The translations under genes were made by a program, and so were the position numbers. From Bdellovibrionales bacterium (GTDB lineage: Bacteria > Pseudomonadota > Alphaproteobacteria > UBA9219), in assembly GCA_041662785.1 (NCBI GenBank), contig JBAZRW010000001.1, positions 375,768-439,767 of the forward strand: a stretch of 64,000 bases of DNA. The letters run 5' to 3'. Numbering within the stretch: the first letter of the stretch is position 1; every line of letters starts with the position of its first letter. The notes under the pieces were generated by a model. That model was not told the origin of the DNA and did no database searches. It saw nothing but the letters and a program-made list of their open reading frames with translations. Shown piece after piece: positions 29,688 to 37,579 of the stretch.

Positions 29688-30065
29688 GGCTTTCTTCCCT
29701 TTATAATAATATATAATTAGATTGTAGTAGAGAGTGGGTGTGGCAAGGAATGGGGATCCTTTTTTATAAACAGAAAAGAGCCCCCTTATCCACGCCACCA
29801 TGAAGGACGAAAAAAGAGGTCCCGTAAACAAGTTTGTTAATAAGATATTAAAATCGATTAAATTCAAGCGTGGATGGATCTGTGGATAACGGGAGTAAAA
29901 AGATAAAAAAGTATCCCCCTAATCCACACACCTGTAAAAAAAGCTATCCCCAAATTCGGATATCGTGGATAACTAAAGGAAAAGGGGCGTGGATTCATTC
30001 CAGCTATGGATAAAGTCTATCTTATCCCCATAACGAGACAGGGACGGAAAAAGGGTGGATAAAAG
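29688..30065. other. Predicted chromosomal replication origin (oriC)
   Basis: Eight DnaA-box-like 9-mers lie in a stretch of about 280 bp. They are TTATCCACG 29786, TGTGGATAA 29881 (perfect), TAATCCACA 29920, CGTGGATAA 29964, TATGGATAA 30005, TTATCCCCA 30022 and GGTGGATAA 30054, plus a weaker CGTGGATTC at 29988. There is an AT-rich tract at 29700-29870. The position next to hemE, with aroE-coaE-dnaQ on the other side, matches the Caulobacter and Rickettsia origin arrangement. Genes mostly diverge from this point. Confidence 0.7.
29837..29851. promoter_or_regulatory. TTAA-N7-TTAA motif (CtrA-box-like) inside the predicted origin
   Basis: TTAATAAGATATTAA read directly from the sequence. An adjacent TTAA-N6-TTAA follows. 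Confidence 0.35.
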
Positions 30066-30926
30066 ATGACCTCTTTTTTATCAGGCAAGGCGGCGTTGAC
30101 GGGCGTGATGGGCTGGCCCATCGCGCACTCCAAATCGCCGCGCCTTCATGGCTATTGGCTGAACCAATATGGAATTGATGGAGCCTATGTCCCCTTGGCC
30201 GTCAGGCCGGAGACCTTGGAAACGGCGCTGCGCGCACTTCCCCTTCTCGGTTTTCGCGGCGTAAACCTGACGATCCCCCACAAAGAGCTGGCGATGGATA
30301 TTGTTGACCATGTGGATCCTTTGGCGCAGCGCGTGGGCGCGGCCAACACTATTCTTGTGCGCGAAGACGGATCGTTAGAAGGGCGCAACACGGACGTTTA
30401 TGGCTTTTCGCAAAACGTGAAGGCGGGCGGCTTTTCTCCCCCCAAAGAAGGCTTTACCGCAACCGTCTTTGGTGCGGGCGGCGCGGCGCGGGCTGTCGTT
30501 GTGGCCCTGCAAGAGATGGGAGTCACGGAAATCCGGATTGTTAATCGCGATCAAGATCGGGCGCAAACCCTTTGTGAAACGTTGGCCGGAAAAAACAGCT
30601 TTGCCGTGTTCTCATGGGAAAAAGCAAAAGACGCGCTGGCTGAAACAGATTTGCTCATTAATGCAACTTCGCTGGGCATGCAGGGGCAGCCGCCGCTGGA
30701 AATCGATTTAACCCCCCTGCCGCAAAAAGCCTTTGTGACCGATATTGTTTATGCGCCGTTAGAAACGCCCTTGCTTGCTTCGGCGCGGGCGCGGGGCTTG
30801 CAAACGGTTGACGGCCTAGGGATGCTCCTTTATCAGGCCGCGCCCGCTTTTGCCGCGTGGTTTGGCCGCGAGCCAGAGGTGACGCCCGCCCTGCGTGCCC
30901 ACGTTTTAGGAGGAGAAAAGCAATGA
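30066..30926 (+). CDS. aroE: Shikimate dehydrogenase
   Basis: Contains GWPIAHSKSP, NLTIPHK, NT..R.DG.L.G.NTD and GAGGAARAV. Confidence 0.9.
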   Translation: MTSFLSGKAALTGVMGWPIAHSKSPRLHGYWLNQYGIDGAYVPLAVRPETLETALRALPLLGFRGVNLTIPHKELAMDIVDHVDPLAQRVGAANTILVREDGSLEGRNTDVYGFSQNVKAGGFSPPKEGFTATVFGAGGAARAVVVALQEMGVTEIRIVNRDQDRAQTLCETLAGKNSFAVFSWEKAKDALAETDLLINATSLGMQGQPPLEIDLTPLPQKAFVTDIVYAPLETPLLASARARGLQTVDGLGMLLYQAAPAFAAWFGREPEVTPALRAHVLGGEKQ

Positions 30927-31534
30927 AAAAGAAACGCTTTCTTATTATTGGCCTGACGGGTGGTATCGGCATGGGCAAAAGCACGGCTCTGAAAATGTTT
31001 GCGGCGCTTGGCGTGGCCGTCTTTGACGCCGATGCGTGCGTTCGTGCGGCGCTGGCCAAAGGCGGCGCGGCGGAAGAAAAAATCAAGACAGTTTTTCCCG
31101 CCAGCTTTGTGCGAGGCCGCATCCATCGCCCGACCCTTTTCACGTTAGCGTTTCACAACAAAAAGACCCTTGCCCAACTAGAGGCAGTTCTTCACCCCCT
31201 TGTTTGGAAAGCGCGAGATGCGGCCATCGCCGTCGCCCGAAAACAAAAGAGCGACGGGATTGTTTTGGATATCCCCCTTTTATTCGAAACGGGCGCACAA
31301 AGCGCTTGTGACAAAACACTGTGCCTTTATACCAGCGCCGCCGTTCAAAAAGAGCGCGTGCTTAAGCGCAAAAACATGACTCCCGCGAAATTAAAGGTTA
31401 TACAAGCGCGGCAGAAGCCCATCGCTGAAAAGCGCCTTTTAGCGGATGTCAGCCTTGATATGGGGGTCAGCCGTAAGCAAGCGCAGGCCATGATCGCCGC
31501 GCTGTGGGCCTTGTGGAAAAAGGAACAGGCATGA
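30923..31534 (+). CDS. coaE: Dephospho-CoA kinase
   Basis: MKKKRFLIIGLTGGIGMGKST P-loop. ATGA overlap with the aroE stop. Confidence 0.9.
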   Translation: MKKKRFLIIGLTGGIGMGKSTALKMFAALGVAVFDADACVRAALAKGGAAEEKIKTVFPASFVRGRIHRPTLFTLAFHNKKTLAQLEAVLHPLVWKARDAAIAVARKQKSDGIVLDIPLLFETGAQSACDKTLCLYTSAAVQKERVLKRKNMTPAKLKVIQARQKPIAEKRLLADVSLDMGVSRKQAQAMIAALWALWKKEQA

Positions 31535-32226
31535 ACGTTCGCGAAATCGTCCTTGATACAGAAACGACAGGCCTTAGCCCGCTGAAAGGCGACCGGCTGG
31601 TGGAGGTTGGCTGCGTTGAGCTGATCAATCTTATGCCGACGGGCAATGTTTTTCATCGTTACATTAATCCAGAACGCGACGTGCCCGACGAAGCTTCCCG
31701 CGTGCACGGCCTTACAAATGACTTTCTTGCTGATAAGCCCCTTTTTGCCGCCGAGGTCGATGGCTTTTTAGCGTTTATCGGCGAGGCCCCTCTCGTCATT
31801 CATAACGCGCCCTTTGATATGGGCTTTATCAATGCCGAACTGACGCGCTGTGGCTTTCGCAATCTGCCCATGACGCGGGCGGTGGACACGCTGCCGATGG
31901 CACGAAAGAAGTTTCCGGGAGCGCCCGCCTCACTCGATGCGCTTTGCAAACGGTTTGGCGTGGATTTATCAAGCCGCGATTTTCACGGCGCTCTTTTGGA
32001 CGCGCGGCTTTTAGCGGATGTGTATTTAGAGCTGATGGGCGGGCGGCAGCCCGATCTTGCCGTCACGAAAGAAGAGGGCGTGGCCGCCGCTGCCGTTTTC
32101 ATTGACGGCGAGGTGCAGCGCACCTTTAAGGCCGCCCGCGTCCACGCACCTTCAGCGGAAGAGGCCGCTGCGCATGAGGCGTGGCTGGCGAAAATTAAAA
32201 ACCCTCTTTGGAAAAGCGCAGGCTAA
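31531..32226 (+). CDS. dnaQ: DNA polymerase III epsilon subunit (3'-5' exonuclease)
   Basis: Exo motifs IVLDTETTGL, VIHNAPFDMGF and HGALLDARLLADVY. ATGA overlap with coaE. Confidence 0.9.
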   Translation: MNVREIVLDTETTGLSPLKGDRLVEVGCVELINLMPTGNVFHRYINPERDVPDEASRVHGLTNDFLADKPLFAAEVDGFLAFIGEAPLVIHNAPFDMGFINAELTRCGFRNLPMTRAVDTLPMARKKFPGAPASLDALCKRFGVDLSSRDFHGALLDARLLADVYLELMGGRQPDLAVTKEEGVAAAAVFIDGEVQRTFKAARVHAPSAEEAAAHEAWLAKIKNPLWKSAG

Positions 32227-32885
32227 TGGTTCAGCTGATCGCCTAAAAACGCCAACGTTTTTTCGTGCGCGTCGCGGGCGGCCTCGGCATTAAAGCTGGC
32301 ATGCTCCACGCGGAAAAAAGAGTCATCTACACCCGCATAAGTATGCACCGCGATCATTTTATTGCGCCCCAGAGAACGTGCGACGCGGGCGGCTGTTGCC
32401 GCCTTAAGGGGATCCGTTTGTTCGCCGCACAGCGCCAAGAACGGCATGCGGATGTCGTGAACCTCACCAAGGCTGGGCGTAAGGTCGGGGGAGCCACAGG
32501 CCACGGCCACGTCAACGTCACTTCGCGCGGCTAGCAAAAAGGCCATAAGGCCGCCCAGCCCAAAGCCCACCGCGCCGACCTTTCCGCTGCAATTAGGCTG
32601 CTTTCTTAAAAAAGCGAGCATAGAGAGAAGGTCCCCCACCGCGCGATCGTGATCGAAAGTGGGGGCCTGCTTTTGCGTGATCAAAGGACAAAGGGTTAAA
32701 TAGCCCATGGCGGCAAAATCTTCGCACTGTGCGGACAAGCGCTCTGGTGGTGTTTCTGCGCCGTCAAGAAGGATCAACCCCGCACCGTGTCCCCCCGCAG
32801 GGGTCGCAAGGAAGGATTCAATCATATCGCCGCCAAAAGAGGGTATAGAAAGCTGGGTCATGAGAGTCTTTATTTTACCAGACAA
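32223..32885 (-). CDS. Dienelactone-hydrolase-family alpha/beta hydrolase
   Basis: 220 aa with a nucleophile-elbow-like GAVGFGLGG and a C-terminal ...Y.G..D.F pattern. Confidence 0.65.
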   Translation of the reverse strand: MSGKIKTLMTQLSIPSFGGDMIESFLATPAGGHGAGLILLDGAETPPERLSAQCEDFAAMGYLTLCPLITQKQAPTFDHDRAVGDLLSMLAFLRKQPNCSGKVGAVGFGLGGLMAFLLAARSDVDVAVACGSPDLTPSLGEVHDIRMPFLALCGEQTDPLKAATAARVARSLGRNKMIAVHTYAGVDDSFFRVEHASFNAEAARDAHEKTLAFLGDQLNH

Positions 32886-32888
32886 ACC

Positions 32889-34874
32889 CTAACGAAACGT
32901 TTTTTCCACGAAAACATCACGAAGCGCTGCCCAACACACGTTTGTGGTAGGGCTTTTAACCTCAATCGACAAAAACGAACCGCTTGAGCCAACGTCAAAC
33001 GGGAAAAAGAATAGGGAAGGGCTGTTTGGTAAAAGGGAGGATTGTTCCTTTTCCGATCCTCCCACCGGATCGCGCAACAAGGCGCGTACAGAAAGAGCGG
33101 GACAGCCCGCGCTTTTTTCCAAGGTCAGGCCGAGGCGATAGGCCCCCTTATCCAAAGGCTCATCCAAAAACAAGCGCGCCAAAGGCTTTTGCGGCGTAAG
33201 GGCGAGCTGAAACGCGCTGAAAGGAGAAACGGAAGGCAGGGGGAAAAAGTGCGCCCCCGCTTTTTCCAAAACCCAAGGCTGCGGGGAAGGCGTTGTGGCG
33301 CGGATTGTCTTAAGGCCTTCGTGGAGCATCTGCGGCGTCCAAGGACTGCGCCGCCAGATTGATATGCTCACGCCGCCGTCAAGCAAAAACGTTTTCTCGT
33401 CCTTCGTGAAGAAAGGCGTCAGCGCAGGCGGCGGCGGAAACATTGCGGCCAGCGCCGCAACGTTTTTTTGCCGCGCGGGATCAAGGTGAAATTGCGCGGG
33501 CGTTGCCACAAGATAGACGTTGGCGGCGGCGTAAACGTCCAGTGGCGGCGGCTGATCCCCGTCGCTTTCGGGCGCGGGAATAAAGCGATACGCGGGCGCG
33601 GCCTCCCGCAACACGTCCGTGTAAAGTGCCCGCACTAAATCCTGATTAAAAAGAAAGGACGAACCGCTGACGACGATGGTATCGCCGTCCGTTGTTGTTT
33701 TTGCCACAACCTGCGCCAGTGCGATAAGCGCGTCGTTGTCGTGACGCACCCAAGGCGCACGCGGCGTACCAAAAACAGAAAAAGCAGGGGGCTCACTGGG
33801 CAACACAAAACGCGGCGCGAGCCAAAAGCAAAACGCGGCGTTGGAGGCAAGCAGCATGAGTGTCATCCAAAAAACAACACGCTCTTTCTTCAGGGCAACA
33901 AACAGCCCCGCCAGCCCCACAATGAAAAAGAGGGGAAGCAGTGCAATCAAATAATGTTGTCCTGCCTGCGAAGGGCCAAAGCCCCACAGCAACAGCCACA
34001 ACAAAACGGACAGCAAGATAAACGCCGCCCCGCGCTTTTCAACAAGAGATTTTCTCCATGCCAAAAACCACCCCGCGCCTGCGGTGACCAGTAAGAGCGT
34101 CCCCCCATGCGCCGCGGCGAAATGAAAAAAGTACGGGGCAGGGCGCTCATAGGATTGATAAAGCGTTTTGTAATCGGCTGTGAGCATTTCCTGCAAATAG
34201 GAAGGCTCAATCATCATCAGTGCCGCCAGAGCCGCGATCCCGCGCAGCGCGTGGGTTTGCCAGAAGCTTTTCTTTTTCCACTGGGGGAAATCCACCACCG
34301 CGCCCGCCGCCAGAACGGCGAGGCCCGCATAGGCGTAATGCCGCCTGAAAACAATCGATAAGCCAACGAGAAGGCCAAGGACGAGGGCGTTTTTAGCCGA
34401 CTTTTCTTTTTCACACGCCAACGCCATTGCGGCCAGCAACAAGGCCGCCGCGCCATGATCGGGATAGCCTTCCAACAGCGGATACCAAAGAAAAGGAACA
34501 AGGCAGCAAATCCCCGCTGCCGCAAGCAAGGCCGCTTGCCACGACAAGCCATAAAGTCGCCGCAGCAAAAAACCGGCTGCCAGCTGATACGCTGCGCCAT
34601 AGACAATCATGTTTGTGACAATAAAAACGGTGCGCGACGTGCCCAGCAGCGAAAAAGAAATCAGCGAGGGCAGCGCAAAAAGCAAATTGTATTTTTGCGC
34701 GAAGCTTTGGGCAAAATCCGCCCACCCACCTTGTGCCCACAACCTAACGGCCATGTTGGAATACATGGCGTAGTCCCAAAAGTTGATGGCGCGTTCGTGT
34801 CCCAGATAAAGGAACACGAAAACGGCCTGCGCCAGCACGGCAAAAGAAAAAGGAAGAACGGCACGACGGAACAT
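32889..34874 (-). CDS. Large polytopic membrane protein, possible GT-C-type glycosyltransferase
   Basis: More than 10 TM segments in the first 400 aa or so, then a soluble domain of about 270 aa. The ATG at 34874 is preferred over the TTG at 34910. The family assignment is tentative. Confidence 0.5.
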   Translation of the reverse strand: MFRRAVLPFSFAVLAQAVFVFLYLGHERAINFWDYAMYSNMAVRLWAQGGWADFAQSFAQKYNLLFALPSLISFSLLGTSRTVFIVTNMIVYGAAYQLAAGFLLRRLYGLSWQAALLAAAGICCLVPFLWYPLLEGYPDHGAAALLLAAMALACEKEKSAKNALVLGLLVGLSIVFRRHYAYAGLAVLAAGAVVDFPQWKKKSFWQTHALRGIAALAALMMIEPSYLQEMLTADYKTLYQSYERPAPYFFHFAAAHGGTLLLVTAGAGWFLAWRKSLVEKRGAAFILLSVLLWLLLWGFGPSQAGQHYLIALLPLFFIVGLAGLFVALKKERVVFWMTLMLLASNAAFCFWLAPRFVLPSEPPAFSVFGTPRAPWVRHDNDALIALAQVVAKTTTDGDTIVVSGSSFLFNQDLVRALYTDVLREAAPAYRFIPAPESDGDQPPPLDVYAAANVYLVATPAQFHLDPARQKNVAALAAMFPPPPALTPFFTKDEKTFLLDGGVSISIWRRSPWTPQMLHEGLKTIRATTPSPQPWVLEKAGAHFFPLPSVSPFSAFQLALTPQKPLARLFLDEPLDKGAYRLGLTLEKSAGCPALSVRALLRDPVGGSEKEQSSLLPNSPSLFFFPFDVGSSGSFLSIEVKSPTTNVCWAALRDVFVEKTFR

Positions 34875-34990
34875 AACGCCAAGCTTACAGAAGCAATCAG
34901 ATTGCAACAAGAGAAGACGTGTTGCCGTGGGTCGCCAGAGAGCCTATAATGCCAACGAGCCAATGAGGTGACATGAGGCAAAAAGGAACC

Positions 34991-35130
34991 AAACGGGATC
35001 CCCGCTTTCGCGGGGATGACCATGGAGCGGAATGGTTAGTGTAGGATAAAATGTTGCGCTTTCTGTGATTTTCATCCCGTCTTTAGCCATAAAAAACGCC
35101 GTCATTCCCGCGAAAGCGGGAATCTCGTTT
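34991..35130. repeat. Family-A element, 140-bp class
   Basis: Arms at 34991-35020 and 35101-35130. The spacer is homologous to the 25109-25248 copy. Confidence 0.85.
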
Positions 35131-35198
35131 TTTTAAAGGTCACTTCAAAGGACAGTTGATATTAGACGATCCCCTGCGCCAAATGAAAGGCCCCTCCC

Positions 35199-35492
35199 AT
35201 GAAAGTCACCGTCAATGTTGAATGCACGCCCGAAGAGGCGCGGACGTTTTTGGGCCTGCCCGATGTTCAGCCCATGCAAGCGGCGCTGATGAAAGAAATT
35301 GAGGAGCGTATGCGCGACAACATCCGCGCCATGACGCCCGAAGCCGCCGTGCAGACATGGCTTCCCGCAGGCATGCAGGGCGCGGAAAATCTGCAAAAAA
35401 TGTTTTGGGGTCAAGTCCAGAACATGATGTCGGGCGTGGTTAATACGGCGAACACTATGGTTACCGTTAAGGACAAAGACTCGGCGGCGTAA
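35199..35492 (+). CDS. Small conserved-looking hypothetical protein (97 aa)
   Basis: Compact ORF with a protein-like composition. The overlapping minus-strand ORF 35145-35855 is Arg/Gly-rich and looks spurious. Confidence 0.5.
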   Translation: MKVTVNVECTPEEARTFLGLPDVQPMQAALMKEIEERMRDNIRAMTPEAAVQTWLPAGMQGAENLQKMFWGQVQNMMSGVVNTANTMVTVKDKDSAA

Positions 35493-35498
35493 GGTTTT

Positions 35499-36986
35499 TT
35501 GACGTTGACCGCGCAAACGCCCCCCCTTCCTGATAATAAAACCATCGTTGCGTTGGCCTCGGCCTTTGGACGCGCGGGCGTTGCCGTTGTGCGGATTTCT
35601 GGCCCTCGCGCCGCCTCTGTTTTTCCTGCCCTTTGCCGTCCCGCAACCCTCCCCGCGCCGCGCCGCGCTACCTTGCGCGACATTGTTGATCCGGCCAACG
35701 ATGAGCTGATCGACCATGCGCTCGTCCTTTGGTTTCCCGCGCCGCACAGCTTTACGGGCGAGGACGTGGTGGAGCTTCACCTGCACGGAGGTCGCGCCAT
35801 TATTCGCGCCACGCTTGAGGCCCTCACGCGCCTTGACGGCTTTGCCCTTGCGCAAGCGGGCGAGTTTTCTCGCCGCGCCTTTGACAACGGCAAGATGGAT
35901 TTAACCGAGGCCGAGGGTATCGCCGATCTGGTGGACGCCGAAACAGCAGCGCAGCGGCGGCAAGCCCTGCGGCAGATGGACGGCGCGTTGGGGCGGCTTT
36001 ATCACGGCTGGGCCGAAAGCTTGACCCAAAGCCTAGCTTATATCGAAGCCGAAATAGATTTTGCGGATGAGGACATCCCCGCCGACCTGACCCAAGGCCG
36101 CCTAGCCGCCGTTCGCGCCGTTCTGGCCGAGATGGAAGGCCATCTTGCCGACAACCATCGTGGCGAACGCTTGCGTGAGGGTTTCACGGTGGCGCTTTTG
36201 GGAGCGCCGAACGCGGGCAAGTCTAGTCTGCTTAATGCGTTGGCGCAGCGTGAGGCCGCCATCGTCTCGCCTATCGCCGGAACAACGCGCGATGTGATCG
36301 AGGTTGATTTGGATTTGGGCGGCTGCCCCGTTTGCGTGATTGACACGGCGGGTCTTCGCGAAAGCGCCGACGAAATCGAAAGCGAAGGCGTGCGCCGCGC
36401 CCTTGCCCGCGCCCAGCAAGCCGACCTTAAACTCCTGTTATTCGATGGCAGCGTGGCGCAGCCGTTCGACGAGGCGACGATGGCGCTGGCGGACAAAGAC
36501 GCGCTGGTTGTGGTGAATAAAGCGGATGTAAGAAGGATACAGGATTCAGGATTCGGGATTCAGGGGCGTCTTCCCTCTTTTTCTTCTCCTTGTCCTCCTT
36601 CACCCCTTCGTCATCCCCGCGAAAGCGGGGATCCCGTTTTTTTAAACGGCGAAAAAGAAAACCAAAAAACAAGTATAGAAAAAAAGAGACCCCTCCTTAT
36701 CTCCGCCAAAACAGGCGAAGGGATGGTGCTGCTGCTTGCCAGCCTTGTTCAGGAAATCGAAGGGCGCTTTATGGCCAGCGAGTCTCCGCCCCTTACGCGC
36801 CTGCGCCACCGCGAGGCTGTTGAGGCGTGCGCCGCGCTGCTTCGCCGTGCACTCGTTGCGCGTGAAACGGAATTGTGTGCCGAGGACCTTCGCGTGGCCG
36901 TCCGCGCTCTTGGCCGCATCACGGGCCGCGTGGATGTTGAAGACCTCCTCGACATTATCTTCAGCAGCTTTTGCGTTGGGAAGTGA
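35499..36986 (+). CDS. mnmE: tRNA modification GTPase MnmE, carrying an in-frame repeat-element insertion
   Basis: G1 GAPNAGKSS, G3 DTAGLR, G4 NKAD, G5 ISAKTGEG, C-terminal FCVGK. There are 54 aa between NKAD and LLISAK, against roughly 15 in typical MnmE proteins. Confidence 0.9.
   Translation: MTLTAQTPPLPDNKTIVALASAFGRAGVAVVRISGPRAASVFPALCRPATLPAPRRATLRDIVDPANDELIDHALVLWFPAPHSFTGEDVVELHLHGGRAIIRATLEALTRLDGFALAQAGEFSRRAFDNGKMDLTEAEGIADLVDAETAAQRRQALRQMDGALGRLYHGWAESLTQSLAYIEAEIDFADEDIPADLTQGRLAAVRAVLAEMEGHLADNHRGERLREGFTVALLGAPNAGKSSLLNALAQREAAIVSPIAGTTRDVIEVDLDLGGCPVCVIDTAGLRESADEIESEGVRRALARAQQADLKLLLFDGSVAQPFDEATMALADKDALVVVNKADVRRIQDSGFGIQGRLPSFSSPCPPSPLRHPRESGDPVFLNGEKENQKTSIEKKRPLLISAKTGEGMVLLLASLVQEIEGRFMASESPPLTRLRHREAVEACAALLRRALVARETELCAEDLRVAVRALGRITGRVDVEDLLDIIFSSFCVGK
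36535..36639. repeat. Heptamer tract plus family-A palindromic arm embedded in the mnmE coding sequence
   Basis: GGATACA GGATTCA GGATTCG GGATTCA at 36535-36562, then GTCATCCCCGCGAAAGCGGGGATCCCGTTT at 36610-36639. This is translated as ...SPLRHPRESGDPVFL... Confidence 0.8.
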
Positions 36987-36993
36987 GGGCGGC

Positions 36994-37455
36994 CTACTCG
37001 AGCGCGAGGCGCTCCAGCTTTTCTTGTGAGGCCGTCAGTGGCTTTTGGGGGGCGTTGAGGGCTGCGCCCGCTAGTTTTTGAACGTCCTCAAACGTTGTAA
37101 CGACGCCAACAAGCGACACCCCCACAGCACAGGCGATGGCTCGTCCTAATGTGTCGATCATTTCCCTTGGCTCCTTTTCATAGAGGGGCCGCGCTGCCTC
37201 ATGGGTCATAAAGCCAAGGAGCGTTCGCGCCGCTCTTTCCTTTTGTTCGCTCCCCGGCACGGCATAGCGATGGGCAAGATTAATGAAACCAAAGGTCGTG
37301 GCCGGATCAACGTTAAAGGCGCTCTCTGCGCCGTCAAGAAGGATGTTGATGAGCTCTTCTTCGCGTTGGTCGTGGGGCTGTGCGTGGCAAAGCGCGTTTC
37401 TCGTCTTCCAAAGAAAAGCCATCATGGCTTTGGCATTTTTGTCTATAGGGCTCAT
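36994..37455 (-). CDS. Hypothetical protein (153 aa)
   Basis: Clean ORF on the opposite strand between mnmE and mnmG. No recognisable motif. Confidence 0.45.
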   Translation of the reverse strand: MSPIDKNAKAMMAFLWKTRNALCHAQPHDQREEELINILLDGAESAFNVDPATTFGFINLAHRYAVPGSEQKERAARTLLGFMTHEAARPLYEKEPREMIDTLGRAIACAVGVSLVGVVTTFEDVQKLAGAALNAPQKPLTASQEKLERLALE

Positions 37456-37579
37456 GTAAATATCTTTCTTTTTAGGTCATAAAACGCTATGACGAACGCG
37501 AATTCTACCCTACGAACGGGGGCAAGTCAACAAACGGCCTTGGATAACCGCCATGGTTTTGATTCCGGAAGAAATAAAG

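Noticed and set aside
29688-29867. N-terminal 60-codon extension of hemE (ORF 28644-29867 starting at the ATG)
   Set aside because: The extension is AT-rich and hydrophobic or low-complexity, and has no counterpart in HemE proteins. It covers a DnaA-box-like site (TTATCCACG at 29786) and the CtrA-like motif. A GTG at 29687, preceded by a purine-rich stretch, gives a normal-length HemE.
35145-35855. 236-aa minus-strand ORF overlapping the small ORF 35199-35492 and the mnmE 5' end
   Set aside because: The composition is Arg/Gly-rich, typical of antisense reading of GC-rich coding DNA, and it overlaps the well-supported mnmE.
36527-36690. Intein or independent domain insertion in MnmE
   Set aside because: The extra segment is only about 40 aa and lacks intein splicing motifs. 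At the DNA level it is recognisably the dispersed palindromic repeat plus a heptamer tract.
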